Shown here piece by piece: positions 1 through 8,898 of a stretch of 57,188 nucleotides of DNA. The notes under the pieces are model-generated. The model did no database searches and was not told the origin of the DNA. It saw only the letters and a list, made by a program, of their open reading frames with translations. Every line of letters begins with the position of its first letter. Positions within the stretch are counted from its first letter, which is position 1. The translations under genes and the position numbers were made by a program. Source of the stretch: a virus (Duplodnaviria > Caudoviricetes); the IMG/VR virus record IMGVR_UViG_3300032236_000645, positions 1 to 57,188 of that record; one strand, written 5' to 3'.

Positions 1-146
1 ATACCCATGTGCTAACTAATATGCAAATTTGTGCATTGCTAAGGATTAATAAATGGGGTAGTGTAATTTGTGGTTTGTCTATTGAATCGCATAGTGTCGT
101 GTATTTTGTCCAGCTAGTTACTAACTCTCTCACTTCTGTTCTACAC

Positions 147-225
147 GGGCTTCAAGCTTAAACCTGGTATAAGCACTCGGCTCATAACCGAAAGACAGAG
201 GGTTCGAATCCCTCGGGGCCCACCA
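147..225 (+). tRNA. tRNA with CAT anticodon (Ile2-lysidine or elongator Met)
   Basis: Cloverleaf: GGGCTTC/GGGGCCC acceptor, GCTT/AAGC D-stem, CTCATAA anticodon loop, GAGGG-TTCGAAT-CCCTC T-arm, encoded ACCA end. Confidence 0.9.
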
Positions 226-227
226 AA

Positions 228-2270
228 TTATTTACTAGTTGCTCTGTAAGTGCCATCCCAATTTTCTGGTTTGCCTTCTTCCATACGCTCTATCATATTA
301 GCATAGTATTGGCGCATTTCTGGTGGTGATGTCTTAGTTAATTGTTTAGCTAAGAATATTGCGCCACCTTCGTCCCAATTACCATCATAATACGCTTTCA
401 AATATTTCTTATGTAGTTTGTAATGGTCTTCGTGATATGTTGCTAAAGTGAATATTTTAACACCTTCTTTTTTACCTTTAACAGCAATACAGTCTAATTC
501 TATAACAGGATATTCATCTTTTACTTGCTCTGCTGTGTCTGACCCGAGGACCATTTTGACACCGTATGGCTTACTTTGTCCTTCAAGGCGTGAGGCGAGA
601 TTAACCGAATCTCCGAGGCAGGTGTAGTCAAAACGCTGACTAGAACCCATATTACCAACCACAACAGTGCCTGTATTAATGCCGAGTCCCATACCAAACG
701 CAGGTATGCCCTCTTTCTCAATCTCCTTGTTAAACGCATCTAAACTCTCCATCATTTCTAAGGCAGTCTTTACCGCCATCTTGGCATGGTTTGGTTCATC
801 TAAAGGTGCGTTCCAAAATGCCATTTGTGCATCACCAATATACTTATCCAAAGTTCCATTATTTTCTATTATTTTTGCGGTCATTGCAGTCATATAACGG
901 TTCATAATTTGCGTTAGACCTTGAACATCTTTTCCATAGTGTTCCGAAATTGTAGTGAAACCACGAACATCGGTAAACATAATAGATAATTCTCTACTTT
1001 CACCACCAAGTTTAAGTAACTCTGGATTCTTTTGAAGTTTTTCAACCAAAGCAGGTGATAGATATGTGCCAAATTGTTTTTTAATTTGTAACTTTTGATT
1101 TAACTCTGTAATGAATTTTACGGTGTATGCGTGTGCATAAACCAATACAATAGAAAGAATAGGATAAGTGACATCCACCAAAATGTTTTGCTTATTAAAT
1201 AGAAATAAGCTAGCATAAATGCTACCAGCAACAATGCCAAATATGCCCAAATATCCATGTTTCCAACGTGTCAAATAAATCGCTAATATAGAAAGAACAA
1301 TAATACCTAAAATTTCTGCACCATCTGCCCAATCTGGACGTTGTATATTTATACCATTAGCAATTGTTCCAATAAGTGATGCTTGAATGTCTTGTGGATA
1401 AACAGCACCAACTGCAGTTGATAATGGATTACTGAGACCGGCAGCGGAAACTCCAACTATAACAATTGAACCACCAAAGTCTTTAGGTAAATCAACAGCG
1501 GAGACTGATTGTGATTTTTGTGACCAGTCAACCCACACACGACCAAGAGCATCTGTTGATATAGGACCAAATTTAGGAATACGCATCTTTTCTACACCAC
1601 CTTCAAATAGTTTTACTTGAATAGTGGAATCACCAGAAGCAACTCTTAATGTTTCTAATGCTAAGTTTGGATATACTTTACCGTTGTATGTTGAAACTAA
1701 TGGAATTCTACGATTAACACCATCTAGTTCTGGTAATGTATTAGTTGAACCAACACCAGCGGCCGCTTCTTCCAATTCGGGAATATTCGCAATTACACCA
1801 GTATACTGGATGATTTGATTCATGTAGTCTGAACCAATAATAGCAGAACCTGGACTCTTTGGTGTGTTTTTGGTTACATTAGAAGGTGTGTTAGCGATAA
1901 CAACTGGATGATTTTTGAATACGGATGTTAACGCTGAGTCACCACCAAGTCTATCTTTTTCAGGCATCAATACATTAAATACAACTAAACCGGCATTATG
2001 TTTGTATAGGTCTTCAATTAGATTGGCATAGACTTGACGATTGAAAGGCCATTGGCCATATTTGTCTAATGTCTTTTCATCAATATTGACTGTGTAGATA
2101 TTGTTTTGTGTTGGTGCTTTTTGTGTGATTAAGGTATCAAAGTACCGTAATTTGATTGACTCTACAAATGTTGGATCATTAAAACGGACAACTACTAGAA
2201 GTGATAGTGTTGCTAATGCTGTCCATGGATTGAGTAGAATCTTTGTTATTTTCTTCAAGTTCATAACCAT
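228..2270 (-). CDS. CHASE2-domain membrane class III adenylate cyclase
   Basis: N-terminal TM; CHASE2 motifs (IDEKTL..YGQWPF.R, DGVNRRIPL); 3 TMs; cyclase motifs FTDVRGFT, DKYIGDA, GINTG, DYTCLGDSVNLASRLE, VKGK. Confidence 0.93.
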   Translation of the reverse strand: MVMNLKKITKILLNPWTALATLSLLVVVRFNDPTFVESIKLRYFDTLITQKAPTQNNIYTVNIDEKTLDKYGQWPFNRQVYANLIEDLYKHNAGLVVFNVLMPEKDRLGGDSALTSVFKNHPVVIANTPSNVTKNTPKSPGSAIIGSDYMNQIIQYTGVIANIPELEEAAAGVGSTNTLPELDGVNRRIPLVSTYNGKVYPNLALETLRVASGDSTIQVKLFEGGVEKMRIPKFGPISTDALGRVWVDWSQKSQSVSAVDLPKDFGGSIVIVGVSAAGLSNPLSTAVGAVYPQDIQASLIGTIANGINIQRPDWADGAEILGIIVLSILAIYLTRWKHGYLGIFGIVAGSIYASLFLFNKQNILVDVTYPILSIVLVYAHAYTVKFITELNQKLQIKKQFGTYLSPALVEKLQKNPELLKLGGESRELSIMFTDVRGFTTISEHYGKDVQGLTQIMNRYMTAMTAKIIENNGTLDKYIGDAQMAFWNAPLDEPNHAKMAVKTALEMMESLDAFNKEIEKEGIPAFGMGLGINTGTVVVGNMGSSQRFDYTCLGDSVNLASRLEGQSKPYGVKMVLGSDTAEQVKDEYPVIELDCIAVKGKKEGVKIFTLATYHEDHYKLHKKYLKAYYDGNWDEGGAIFLAKQLTKTSPPEMRQYYANMIERMEEGKPENWDGTYRATSK

Positions 2271-2285
2271 ATCCTTTATGAGTTA

Positions 2286-3383
2286 TTATTTTATGTTTTG
2301 CCTTATTGTAATATAACCTTGTGGTTTATTTGCAAATTGAAATACATCCATAACCAAATCTTGTATTACCACAATTTGGACTAAAGAATCCTTTGGTAAT
2401 ATAATATTTGCTTCTTGACCTTTTGAGTCGGATACACCAAAATATTTCCAACCAGTTAAAACTTGTTTCTCATAAATTGGCGTAACTCGTGTGCTTTCTG
2501 CTGTTAATTCCTCTACTGATTTTTGTATAATTGGAACAACTTTAACTACTTGATTATCAACTTTATTTGTGCTTTGTTGAGCAATCTGTGATTCTTGTTC
2601 AGCATTTGCACCTGAAACACCAGTAGATGGTGTATTATTCTTTTCTGCCGACTTTTCTTGTGATGATTTTTGAGCATCTTTGATTGCATCACGTGCAGCT
2701 GTTACTAACGAAGCGCCACCTTCAGTTTTGGGTGGAACAACTTGCATATTATTACTAACTTGACGAGAATCGAATCTAATCAAAGTTGGCATTGGAGGTG
2801 AATTGCCTGAAGATTCTACAACCGTTGCTTGATATGGTTTATTCATAACAACTGCACCAGCTGGCGTTACTACTTCAATTTCACCAGATTTACAAGTTAA
2901 CGCCTCGATACTTAAATTAGTGTCATCACATTGAGGCATTAATACAATAATAGAACGACCAATTTCATCTACAGACATAACAAAGTCAGTACCTCGAACG
3001 GCAATAGTGGCTGTTGGAGTATTTATTTTAACATTATTGGGGTTTTCGTGAGCTACTGCACCTGAAGCGTACCGAACGGTACCGAGGGCGACTTTCATGG
3101 CTAATTTACCAGTACCCTTAGATTTTGGATCATATACAAAATCATCAATAACTAATTTAGAATTTTCAGTAACACTAACCTTAGTATCATCCACAAAAGT
3201 GATACTTGTTTTACCTTTACCGGTCACAACAATATCCAACATCTCTACCGAAGCACCTTTGGTACTAGGTAGAGAATTCTTTTGTCGTTGAATATTACTT
3301 GAACCTTCTTGTTCAGTTATTGTTCCAACAGCCGAATAAACAATAGTTGGAATAACCAATAACAATAACGCAAGATATTTCAT
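2286..3383 (-). CDS. Secreted FecR-domain protein
   Basis: Signal peptide; F.DDT.V.V.ENS.L.ID and TPTATIAVRGTDF FecR motifs. Confidence 0.85.
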   Translation of the reverse strand: MKYLALLLLVIPTIVYSAVGTITEQEGSSNIQRQKNSLPSTKGASVEMLDIVVTGKGKTSITFVDDTKVSVTENSKLVIDDFVYDPKSKGTGKLAMKVALGTVRYASGAVAHENPNNVKINTPTATIAVRGTDFVMSVDEIGRSIIVLMPQCDDTNLSIEALTCKSGEIEVVTPAGAVVMNKPYQATVVESSGNSPPMPTLIRFDSRQVSNNMQVVPPKTEGGASLVTAARDAIKDAQKSSQEKSAEKNNTPSTGVSGANAEQESQIAQQSTNKVDNQVVKVVPIIQKSVEELTAESTRVTPIYEKQVLTGWKYFGVSDSKGQEANIILPKDSLVQIVVIQDLVMDVFQFANKPQGYITIRQNIK

Positions 3384-4144
3384 TAGTTCGTTTGGCGAAC
3401 CACAAATGACCCGTTATTACTTACTGATTTAATATTAATCACATTGTCAACTGTACCAGTTTGTGACATAGTAAAATCATTATGTGTACCAATTAAATCA
3501 ACAGCAATAGAATGGCCAGATGCACCACCATTTAGTTGTGTTACATTGAATGTGTTATAATCACCAGTAACATTTAAGTTTTGTGTAGCTTTAGGTGCTT
3601 GTACATTGAAATTAAAATAGTTGTGGTCACCAGTTACATCAATACCTGAATTTTGATTTGTACCGCCACCATTGTAATACATTGTATTGTTATTACCTGT
3701 AAATCTCCAATTAAACACAGAACTATCACAGTTAGCATTAGTACCAGCGCCACAATTAAAGTCAAGGTAGTTTGAATTACCTAATTGTTGAATTGTTGTA
3801 TTGATACCAACGGTTGCACCATAGATGCTACCGTAAATAGAATTGTTATTACCAGTTTGGATTGATACTAATGTTTGGTTATCACCTCTTAATTTGAAGT
3901 AATTTGAACCAACACCCAATACATTAGAAGAACCTGTTTGAGTAATATTGATGTCTGGATTGCCACCAGATTGGTCAATATACACTTTATTGGTTGAAGT
4001 TTCCGCTGCTGATGTCACCTCATTTGGTGTATCTGCTGGAATTGCCGGTACTACCGGACTTGGTGGCAATACCACTGCTGGGTCTGCCGCAATCGCTTGT
4101 GTTGCTAATAACGAAAACATTACTATTGCTAGTAACTTTTTCAT
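3383..4144 (-). CDS. Curlin-repeat (CsgA/CsgB-like) secreted protein
   Basis: Signal peptide; N/G/Q/T-rich with repeated Q-x-G-x-x-N and T-G-x-x-N units; next to csgG. Confidence 0.75.
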   Translation of the reverse strand: MKKLLAIVMFSLLATQAIAADPAVVLPPSPVVPAIPADTPNEVTSAAETSTNKVYIDQSGGNPDINITQTGSSNVLGVGSNYFKLRGDNQTLVSIQTGNNNSIYGSIYGATVGINTTIQQLGNSNYLDFNCGAGTNANCDSSVFNWRFTGNNNTMYYNGGGTNQNSGIDVTGDHNYFNFNVQAPKATQNLNVTGDYNTFNVTQLNGGASGHSIAVDLIGTHNDFTMSQTGTVDNVINIKSVSNNGSFVVRQTN

Positions 4145-4147
4145 TTA

Positions 4148-4936
4148 CTACTCTCCTTTATGTTTAAACTTCCAAAGTTTTTTAGTTTCACCTTGTTTAA
4201 TTAATTCCACAATACCTTTTTCAATTGCAGCTCTTGTTGCATATTGAATTGGCTCATTGTAAGTCTGTGAAGCATCAATTTCTAATGCTTTTGTTCCTGT
4301 GTCGTAAAATTTCATAACAGTTGTTCCATCACCAGTTGACAGAATATTCTTTTCAATTGTTACTGAAGCTAAAACTTCACCAGTTTGTACAGACACTAAT
4401 CTCATATTAATAGTCACTTGGTCCTGGCTGTATTGAGTATAAGGACCAATTCCTAATAATCTAATACCTGCCCCACCCGTTCTTGTATTACTATCATACC
4501 CGATAATACCACCTTCTAAAATTATACCAGCAAATAATAGTGGAGGTAATTCTTGTTTGTCGCCAAATTGTTCTCTCATTTGGCGAATAATCTGTCTTTC
4601 TTTAATTAAGTTATCTAAACCACCACGTTCAGTAACTCTAAACCATTTACCATTTCCAACATCTTGTAATGCTTTAACAACATAAGCATCAGCACCTTGT
4701 GTTACGGCAGTTGAGAATAATGATAATGTTGTTGAAGGTTTTCTTTGTCCTGTTTTGTCAGTAAATGTATAAACAGCAATAGTAATTGGTTGACCTTCAG
4801 GTTCAGCAATATTATTAAACTCACTTACAACAGGTTTTGATATTTCTGAATCACTGCGAATATCAACATCTTGTAATGGTCTAACAGAAGAACATCCAGA
4901 TAATAATATAAAAATTAATATTAATAGTTTTTTCAT
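4148..4936 (-). CDS. csgG: Curli secretion channel lipoprotein CsgG
   Basis: Lipobox LSGC; F.DKTGQRK, STAVTQG, WF.V.ER.GL.NL.KERQIIR, EGGIIGYDSN..TGG.G motifs; start set at MKKLL. Confidence 0.92.
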   Translation of the reverse strand: MKKLLILIFILLSGCSSVRPLQDVDIRSDSEISKPVVSEFNNIAEPEGQPITIAVYTFTDKTGQRKPSTTLSLFSTAVTQGADAYVVKALQDVGNGKWFRVTERGGLDNLIKERQIIRQMREQFGDKQELPPLLFAGIILEGGIIGYDSNTRTGGAGIRLLGIGPYTQYSQDQVTINMRLVSVQTGEVLASVTIEKNILSTGDGTTVMKFYDTGTKALEIDASQTYNEPIQYATRAAIEKGIVELIKQGETKKLWKFKHKGE

Positions 4937-4943
4937 ATCATCT

Positions 4944-5441
4944 CTAAAAAGCAAATTGAGCTATAGGCACTGAAACATATGTTTTATTACCAGCAGCATC
5001 TACCACTGTTAATTGAACATCTGTTGCGGTTTTTAACCAAGTAACCGTACTACCATCTAATGAAAAATTACCAGTAACGGGACCAGAACAACCAGAAATA
5101 GGTGCACCGTCCGTACCTTTACAATTATTTTGAAATAAATTATTACTTAATTGAGTAGCAAGTTGAGCGTACACTTGACTCGAAAATAATGACATGAATT
5201 TTGCCAATGGTGTATTTTGTGCTGCCGCGGCAGCTGCTGCGGCTCGTGCAGCTGCTTGATTTTCAAGAGCTTGTTTAGCTGATTGTTCAGCTTGATAAAC
5301 TGTTAATACTTGGGTTGTCCAACCGCCATTATTGTTGAAGGATGGATCTTTAAATTGTTGTTGAATTTCAGTTGCGGACGCAACACTATTCAGGCTCAGA
5401 ATTGCGATTACGCTTATTGACAGTCTTTTTATTTGGATCAT
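4944..5441 (-). CDS. csgF: Curli assembly protein CsgF-like
   Basis: Signal peptide then TE...QFKDPSF.GG-like N-terminus; directly upstream of csgG. Confidence 0.75.
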   Translation of the reverse strand: MIQIKRLSISVIAILSLNSVASATEIQQQFKDPSFNNNGGWTTQVLTVYQAEQSAKQALENQAAARAAAAAAAAQNTPLAKFMSLFSSQVYAQLATQLSNNLFQNNCKGTDGAPISGCSGPVTGNFSLDGSTVTWLKTATDVQLTVVDAAGNKTYVSVPIAQFAF

Positions 5442-5673
5442 TTTCTTGCTCTCTCAACATCAATACGATGTTTATTTTCTGATTTAATCTTATCAAATCA
5501 TTATCTAACATACGTACACGGTCTATCAAAGCAATTAAAACGGTATTAGCTTCTGACAATACAGGTTTAATTTCCTGTGTTGCCCATTTCCAAACATAAA
5601 ATATAAGATATCCCATGCCACCGGCAGCAACAATTGGGAAACCGTACTTATTAACTAAATCTACTACATCCAT
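5386..5673 (-). CDS. Small membrane protein (GFPI TM plus coiled coil; holin/YvrJ-like)
   Basis: Single N-terminal TM, amphipathic tail; paralog of 5673-5951. Confidence 0.65.
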   Translation of the reverse strand: MDVVDLVNKYGFPIVAAGGMGYLIFYVWKWATQEIKPVLSEANTVLIALIDRVRMLDNDLIRLNQKINIVLMLREQENDPNKKTVNKRNRNSEPE

Positions 5674-5951
5674 TAATCTCTCCTCGCATCGTTTTTACCA
5701 TCAGCACGAGCAATACGGTCTACGTCAGGTTTAACACCCATTGCGTTAGACATTAATGTATCAATACGAATAACATCATGGTTCATGGTCTTGACACGGT
5801 TATCTAAAGCCGTTATAATCCCACTTAAACCTTTTACTGAACTCATTACTCCAGCAAGGATAAATTTTAATGTTAGAAACACAAAGTATCCACCAGCCAT
5901 TGCAGCAGCAATTGGAAAACCTAATTCAGCAACTAATTTAAAAAAGTCCAT
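5673..5951 (-). CDS. Small membrane protein (GFPI TM plus coiled coil; holin/YvrJ-like)
   Basis: First gene of the operon, AAGG RBS; paralog of the next gene. Confidence 0.65.
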   Translation of the reverse strand: MDFFKLVAELGFPIAAAMAGGYFVFLTLKFILAGVMSSVKGLSGIITALDNRVKTMNHDVIRIDTLMSNAMGVKPDVDRIARADGKNDARRD

Positions 5952-5977
5952 GTTAATACCTTATCATATTACTAATG

Positions 5978-5985
5978 TATTTATG
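5978..5985 (-). promoter_or_regulatory. T4-type late promoter (CATAAATA)
   Basis: NATAAATA about 27 nt upstream of the operon's first ATG. Confidence 0.6.
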
Positions 5986-5986
5986 C

Positions 5987-6015
5987 TTGACAGTTGTTTA
6001 AAAATGATATATAAT
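5987..6015 (+). promoter_or_regulatory. sigma70-type promoter for the replication operon
   Basis: TTGACA-17 bp-TATAAT; AAGGAG RBS follows. Confidence 0.8.
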
Positions 6016-6043
6016 CTATTACTTGATAAAAAAGGAGTTGTAA

Positions 6044-6352
6044 ATGGATATTATTGCTTTAAAATTGATTACAGGTGAAGACATCTTAGGTGAAGTGGAA
6101 TCTCAGTCAGAAACAGAATTTGTGTTTGTAAATCCAGTGGGCATCTCAATTGTTCGTGGCCAAGATGGCAAACCTAATGTTGGTTTCATTCCTTTTCCAA
6201 TGCACGCAGAACAAAAGAGTGGTTCTACAGTTGCCATTAAGAAGAAACATGTAGTTTATGATTATGTACCAGCGGAAGACTTTATTACTAATTATAACCA
6301 AATCTTTGGTTCAGGCATCATCACACCTCCAAAACAAATCATTACAGGATAA
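6044..6352 (+). CDS. Conserved T4-like hypothetical protein (Sm/SH3-like) upstream of gp43
   Basis: Strong RBS; KLITGEDI..., FGSGIITP. Confidence 0.7.
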   Translation: MDIIALKLITGEDILGEVESQSETEFVFVNPVGISIVRGQDGKPNVGFIPFPMHAEQKSGSTVAIKKKHVVYDYVPAEDFITNYNQIFGSGIITPPKQIITG

Positions 6353-6354
6353 GA

Positions 6355-8898
6355 ATGTTTTATACAAACGTCCAAACAAGTGGTAATTATGTCTTATATC
6401 GAGGCGTAAAAGATGGGAAACGATTCAAACAAAAGATTGAATATCAACCAACATTATATGTACCGGCTAAGAAGGTTACAAGTTACACCAATCTAAAAGG
6501 TGAATACTTGGATACCATTAAGCCGGGTGGTTTGCGTGATAGCCGAGACTTTGTTAAGAAATATACAGATGTTGATGGTTTCTGTATCTATGGACAAACT
6601 CGTTATGAGTATGCGTTTATTGCCGACCAACATTCTGGTATGGTCGATTGGGACCAAGACCACATTTCAATTGCCGTAGTCGATATTGAAGTTGGTTCTG
6701 AGAATGGGTTTCCAGACCCATATCTTGCTAATGAACCAATCACTGCTATTGGTATTAAATACCTAAATGGTGCAATGTATGTGTTTGGATGTGGCGATTA
6801 CCAAACACAAGGTAAAGAAATATATGTTAAATGTAAAGATGAATATACCTTGTGTAAACGATTTATGGAACTGTGGAATAAACAATGTCCAGACATCATC
6901 ACTGGATGGAACATTAAGTTCTTTGATATTCCCTATTTGGTCAATCGTTTTCGTAAAATTCTAGGTGAAGAAGAAACTAAGAAACTATCACCATGGAATT
7001 ATATCTCGGAACGTAAAACCACAATCAATCAACGTGAAATGATTGCGTATGATATGGTTGGAGTGGCAACACTTGATTATATTGAACTATATAGATGGTA
7101 TGCTCCTGGTGGTAAGTCACAGGAGTCCTATCGTTTGGACCATATTGCTGAAGTTGAGTTGGGCAAGAACAAACTTTCGTATGATGAATATGATAGTTTA
7201 CATGCACTTTATCGTTTGAACTTCCAAAAGTTTATTGAATATAACATTGTTGACGTTGAACTTATCGTGGAATTAGAAGATAAGATTAAGTTACTTGAAT
7301 TGGCCATGACCTTGGCTTATGATACAAAATGTAATTATGAAGATGTATTTGCACAAACTCGTATGTGGGATGCACTGACTTATTCTTATCTATTGAATAA
7401 GAACATCATTATTCCACCGAGAGAAGTAAAAGAAAAAGACGGTATGTTTGAAGGTGCCTATGTTAAAGAAGTTCAAGCAGGTAAACATGATTGGGTTGCT
7501 TCGTTTGACTTGAACTCATTGTATCCTCACTTGATGATGCAGTATAACATTTCACCAGAAACTTTGATTGAACCTCAAGATTATACAGAACCAATGCGTA
7601 AGATTATATCTGACGGTGTTTCTGTGGATAAGATGTTGAAGAAAGAAATAGACCCAGACCTTTTGATGTCGCAAAATGCGACCTTAACACCTAACGGACA
7701 ATTCTTCAGAACAGACATACAGGGTTTCTTGCCTGCTATGATGGAAGAGATGTATGAAGACCGTAAGAAGTTCAAAAAGATGGCATTAAAAGCCAAACAG
7801 GAATATGAAAACGAAACAGACAAAAGTAAGAAGTTTGAAATTGAAAAACGTATTGCCAAGTTTGAAAATCTCCAACTGGCAAAGAAAGTTTCACTCAATT
7901 CAGCTTATGGTGCTTTGGGTAGTCAGTATTTCCGTTTCTACGACCTTCGTATGGCATTGGGTGTCACAACTGCTGGGCAATTAAGTATTCGTTGGATTGA
8001 AGCTAAACTCAACGAATTTATGAATAAACTCCTAAAAACGGAGAGCGATTATGTTATTGCGTCTGACACTGACTCGATTTACCTTAAACTTGGTCCTCTT
8101 GTTGACCAAGTATTCAAGGGAAAATCGGAGACTCCTGTACCTACAGAAAAGATTATCACATTCATGGATAAGGTCTGTGAAGATAAATTACAACCTTATA
8201 TTGATAAAAGTTATCAAGAGCTTGCTGATTATGTCTGTGCGTATTCTCAAAAAATGCAAATGAAACGTGAAGCCTTGGCTGACAAAGGTATCTGGACTGC
8301 CAAGAAACGTTACATTCTAAATGTATATAATAATGAGGGGGTACAATACGCTGAACCTAAGATGAAAGTCATGGGCCTTGAGATGATTAAGTCATCAACT
8401 CCAGCTGTTGTTCGTGGTAAGATGAAAGAGTCTATCAAAGTAATGTTGAATGGTAAAGAAGAAGATATGCACAAGTTTATTGCTGACTTCCGAAACGAAT
8501 TCAAAACATTACCAGTGGAAGATATATCATCTCCTCGTGGTTTGAGTGGTCTGAATGAGTATAAAGATTCGGTAACGATATATAGGAAAAGTACACCGAT
8601 TCATTCTAAAGGTGCATTAATCTTTAATCATTTTCTCAAACAATATAAATTGGATAAACAATATCAGTTAATTCAACAAGGCGAAAAGATTAAGTATATC
8701 TATCTTAAATTGCCTAACACATTCAATCAATCGGTAATTTCATTTACCTCTCGGATTCCAAAAGAGTTTGACATTGAGAAGTTTGTTGATTATGAATTAC
8801 AGTTCAATAAAGTATTCTTAGAACCAATTAAGATTATTTTGGATTGTATGAATTGGTCTACTGAGAAACAAAGTTCACTAGAGGATTTCTTCGGATGA
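6355..8898 (+). CDS. 43: Family B DNA polymerase gp43
   Basis: DIEV exonuclease, SFDLNSLYP, K..LNSAYG and DTDS motifs; C-terminal clamp-binding SLEDFFG. Confidence 0.97.
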   Translation: MFYTNVQTSGNYVLYRGVKDGKRFKQKIEYQPTLYVPAKKVTSYTNLKGEYLDTIKPGGLRDSRDFVKKYTDVDGFCIYGQTRYEYAFIADQHSGMVDWDQDHISIAVVDIEVGSENGFPDPYLANEPITAIGIKYLNGAMYVFGCGDYQTQGKEIYVKCKDEYTLCKRFMELWNKQCPDIITGWNIKFFDIPYLVNRFRKILGEEETKKLSPWNYISERKTTINQREMIAYDMVGVATLDYIELYRWYAPGGKSQESYRLDHIAEVELGKNKLSYDEYDSLHALYRLNFQKFIEYNIVDVELIVELEDKIKLLELAMTLAYDTKCNYEDVFAQTRMWDALTYSYLLNKNIIIPPREVKEKDGMFEGAYVKEVQAGKHDWVASFDLNSLYPHLMMQYNISPETLIEPQDYTEPMRKIISDGVSVDKMLKKEIDPDLLMSQNATLTPNGQFFRTDIQGFLPAMMEEMYEDRKKFKKMALKAKQEYENETDKSKKFEIEKRIAKFENLQLAKKVSLNSAYGALGSQYFRFYDLRMALGVTTAGQLSIRWIEAKLNEFMNKLLKTESDYVIASDTDSIYLKLGPLVDQVFKGKSETPVPTEKIITFMDKVCEDKLQPYIDKSYQELADYVCAYSQKMQMKREALADKGIWTAKKRYILNVYNNEGVQYAEPKMKVMGLEMIKSSTPAVVRGKMKESIKVMLNGKEEDMHKFIADFRNEFKTLPVEDISSPRGLSGLNEYKDSVTIYRKSTPIHSKGALIFNHFLKQYKLDKQYQLIQQGEKIKYIYLKLPNTFNQSVISFTSRIPKEFDIEKFVDYELQFNKVFLEPIKIILDCMNWSTEKQSSLEDFFG

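Noticed and set aside
5215-5260. GC-rich gctgc repeats
   Set aside because: Encode the poly-Ala helix of the CsgF-like protein
228-5951. Curli/cyclase block as host contamination or prophage flank
   Set aside because: Same AT-rich codon style, a phage late-promoter box, seamless junctions and no integrase; a chimeric assembly cannot be fully excluded without reads
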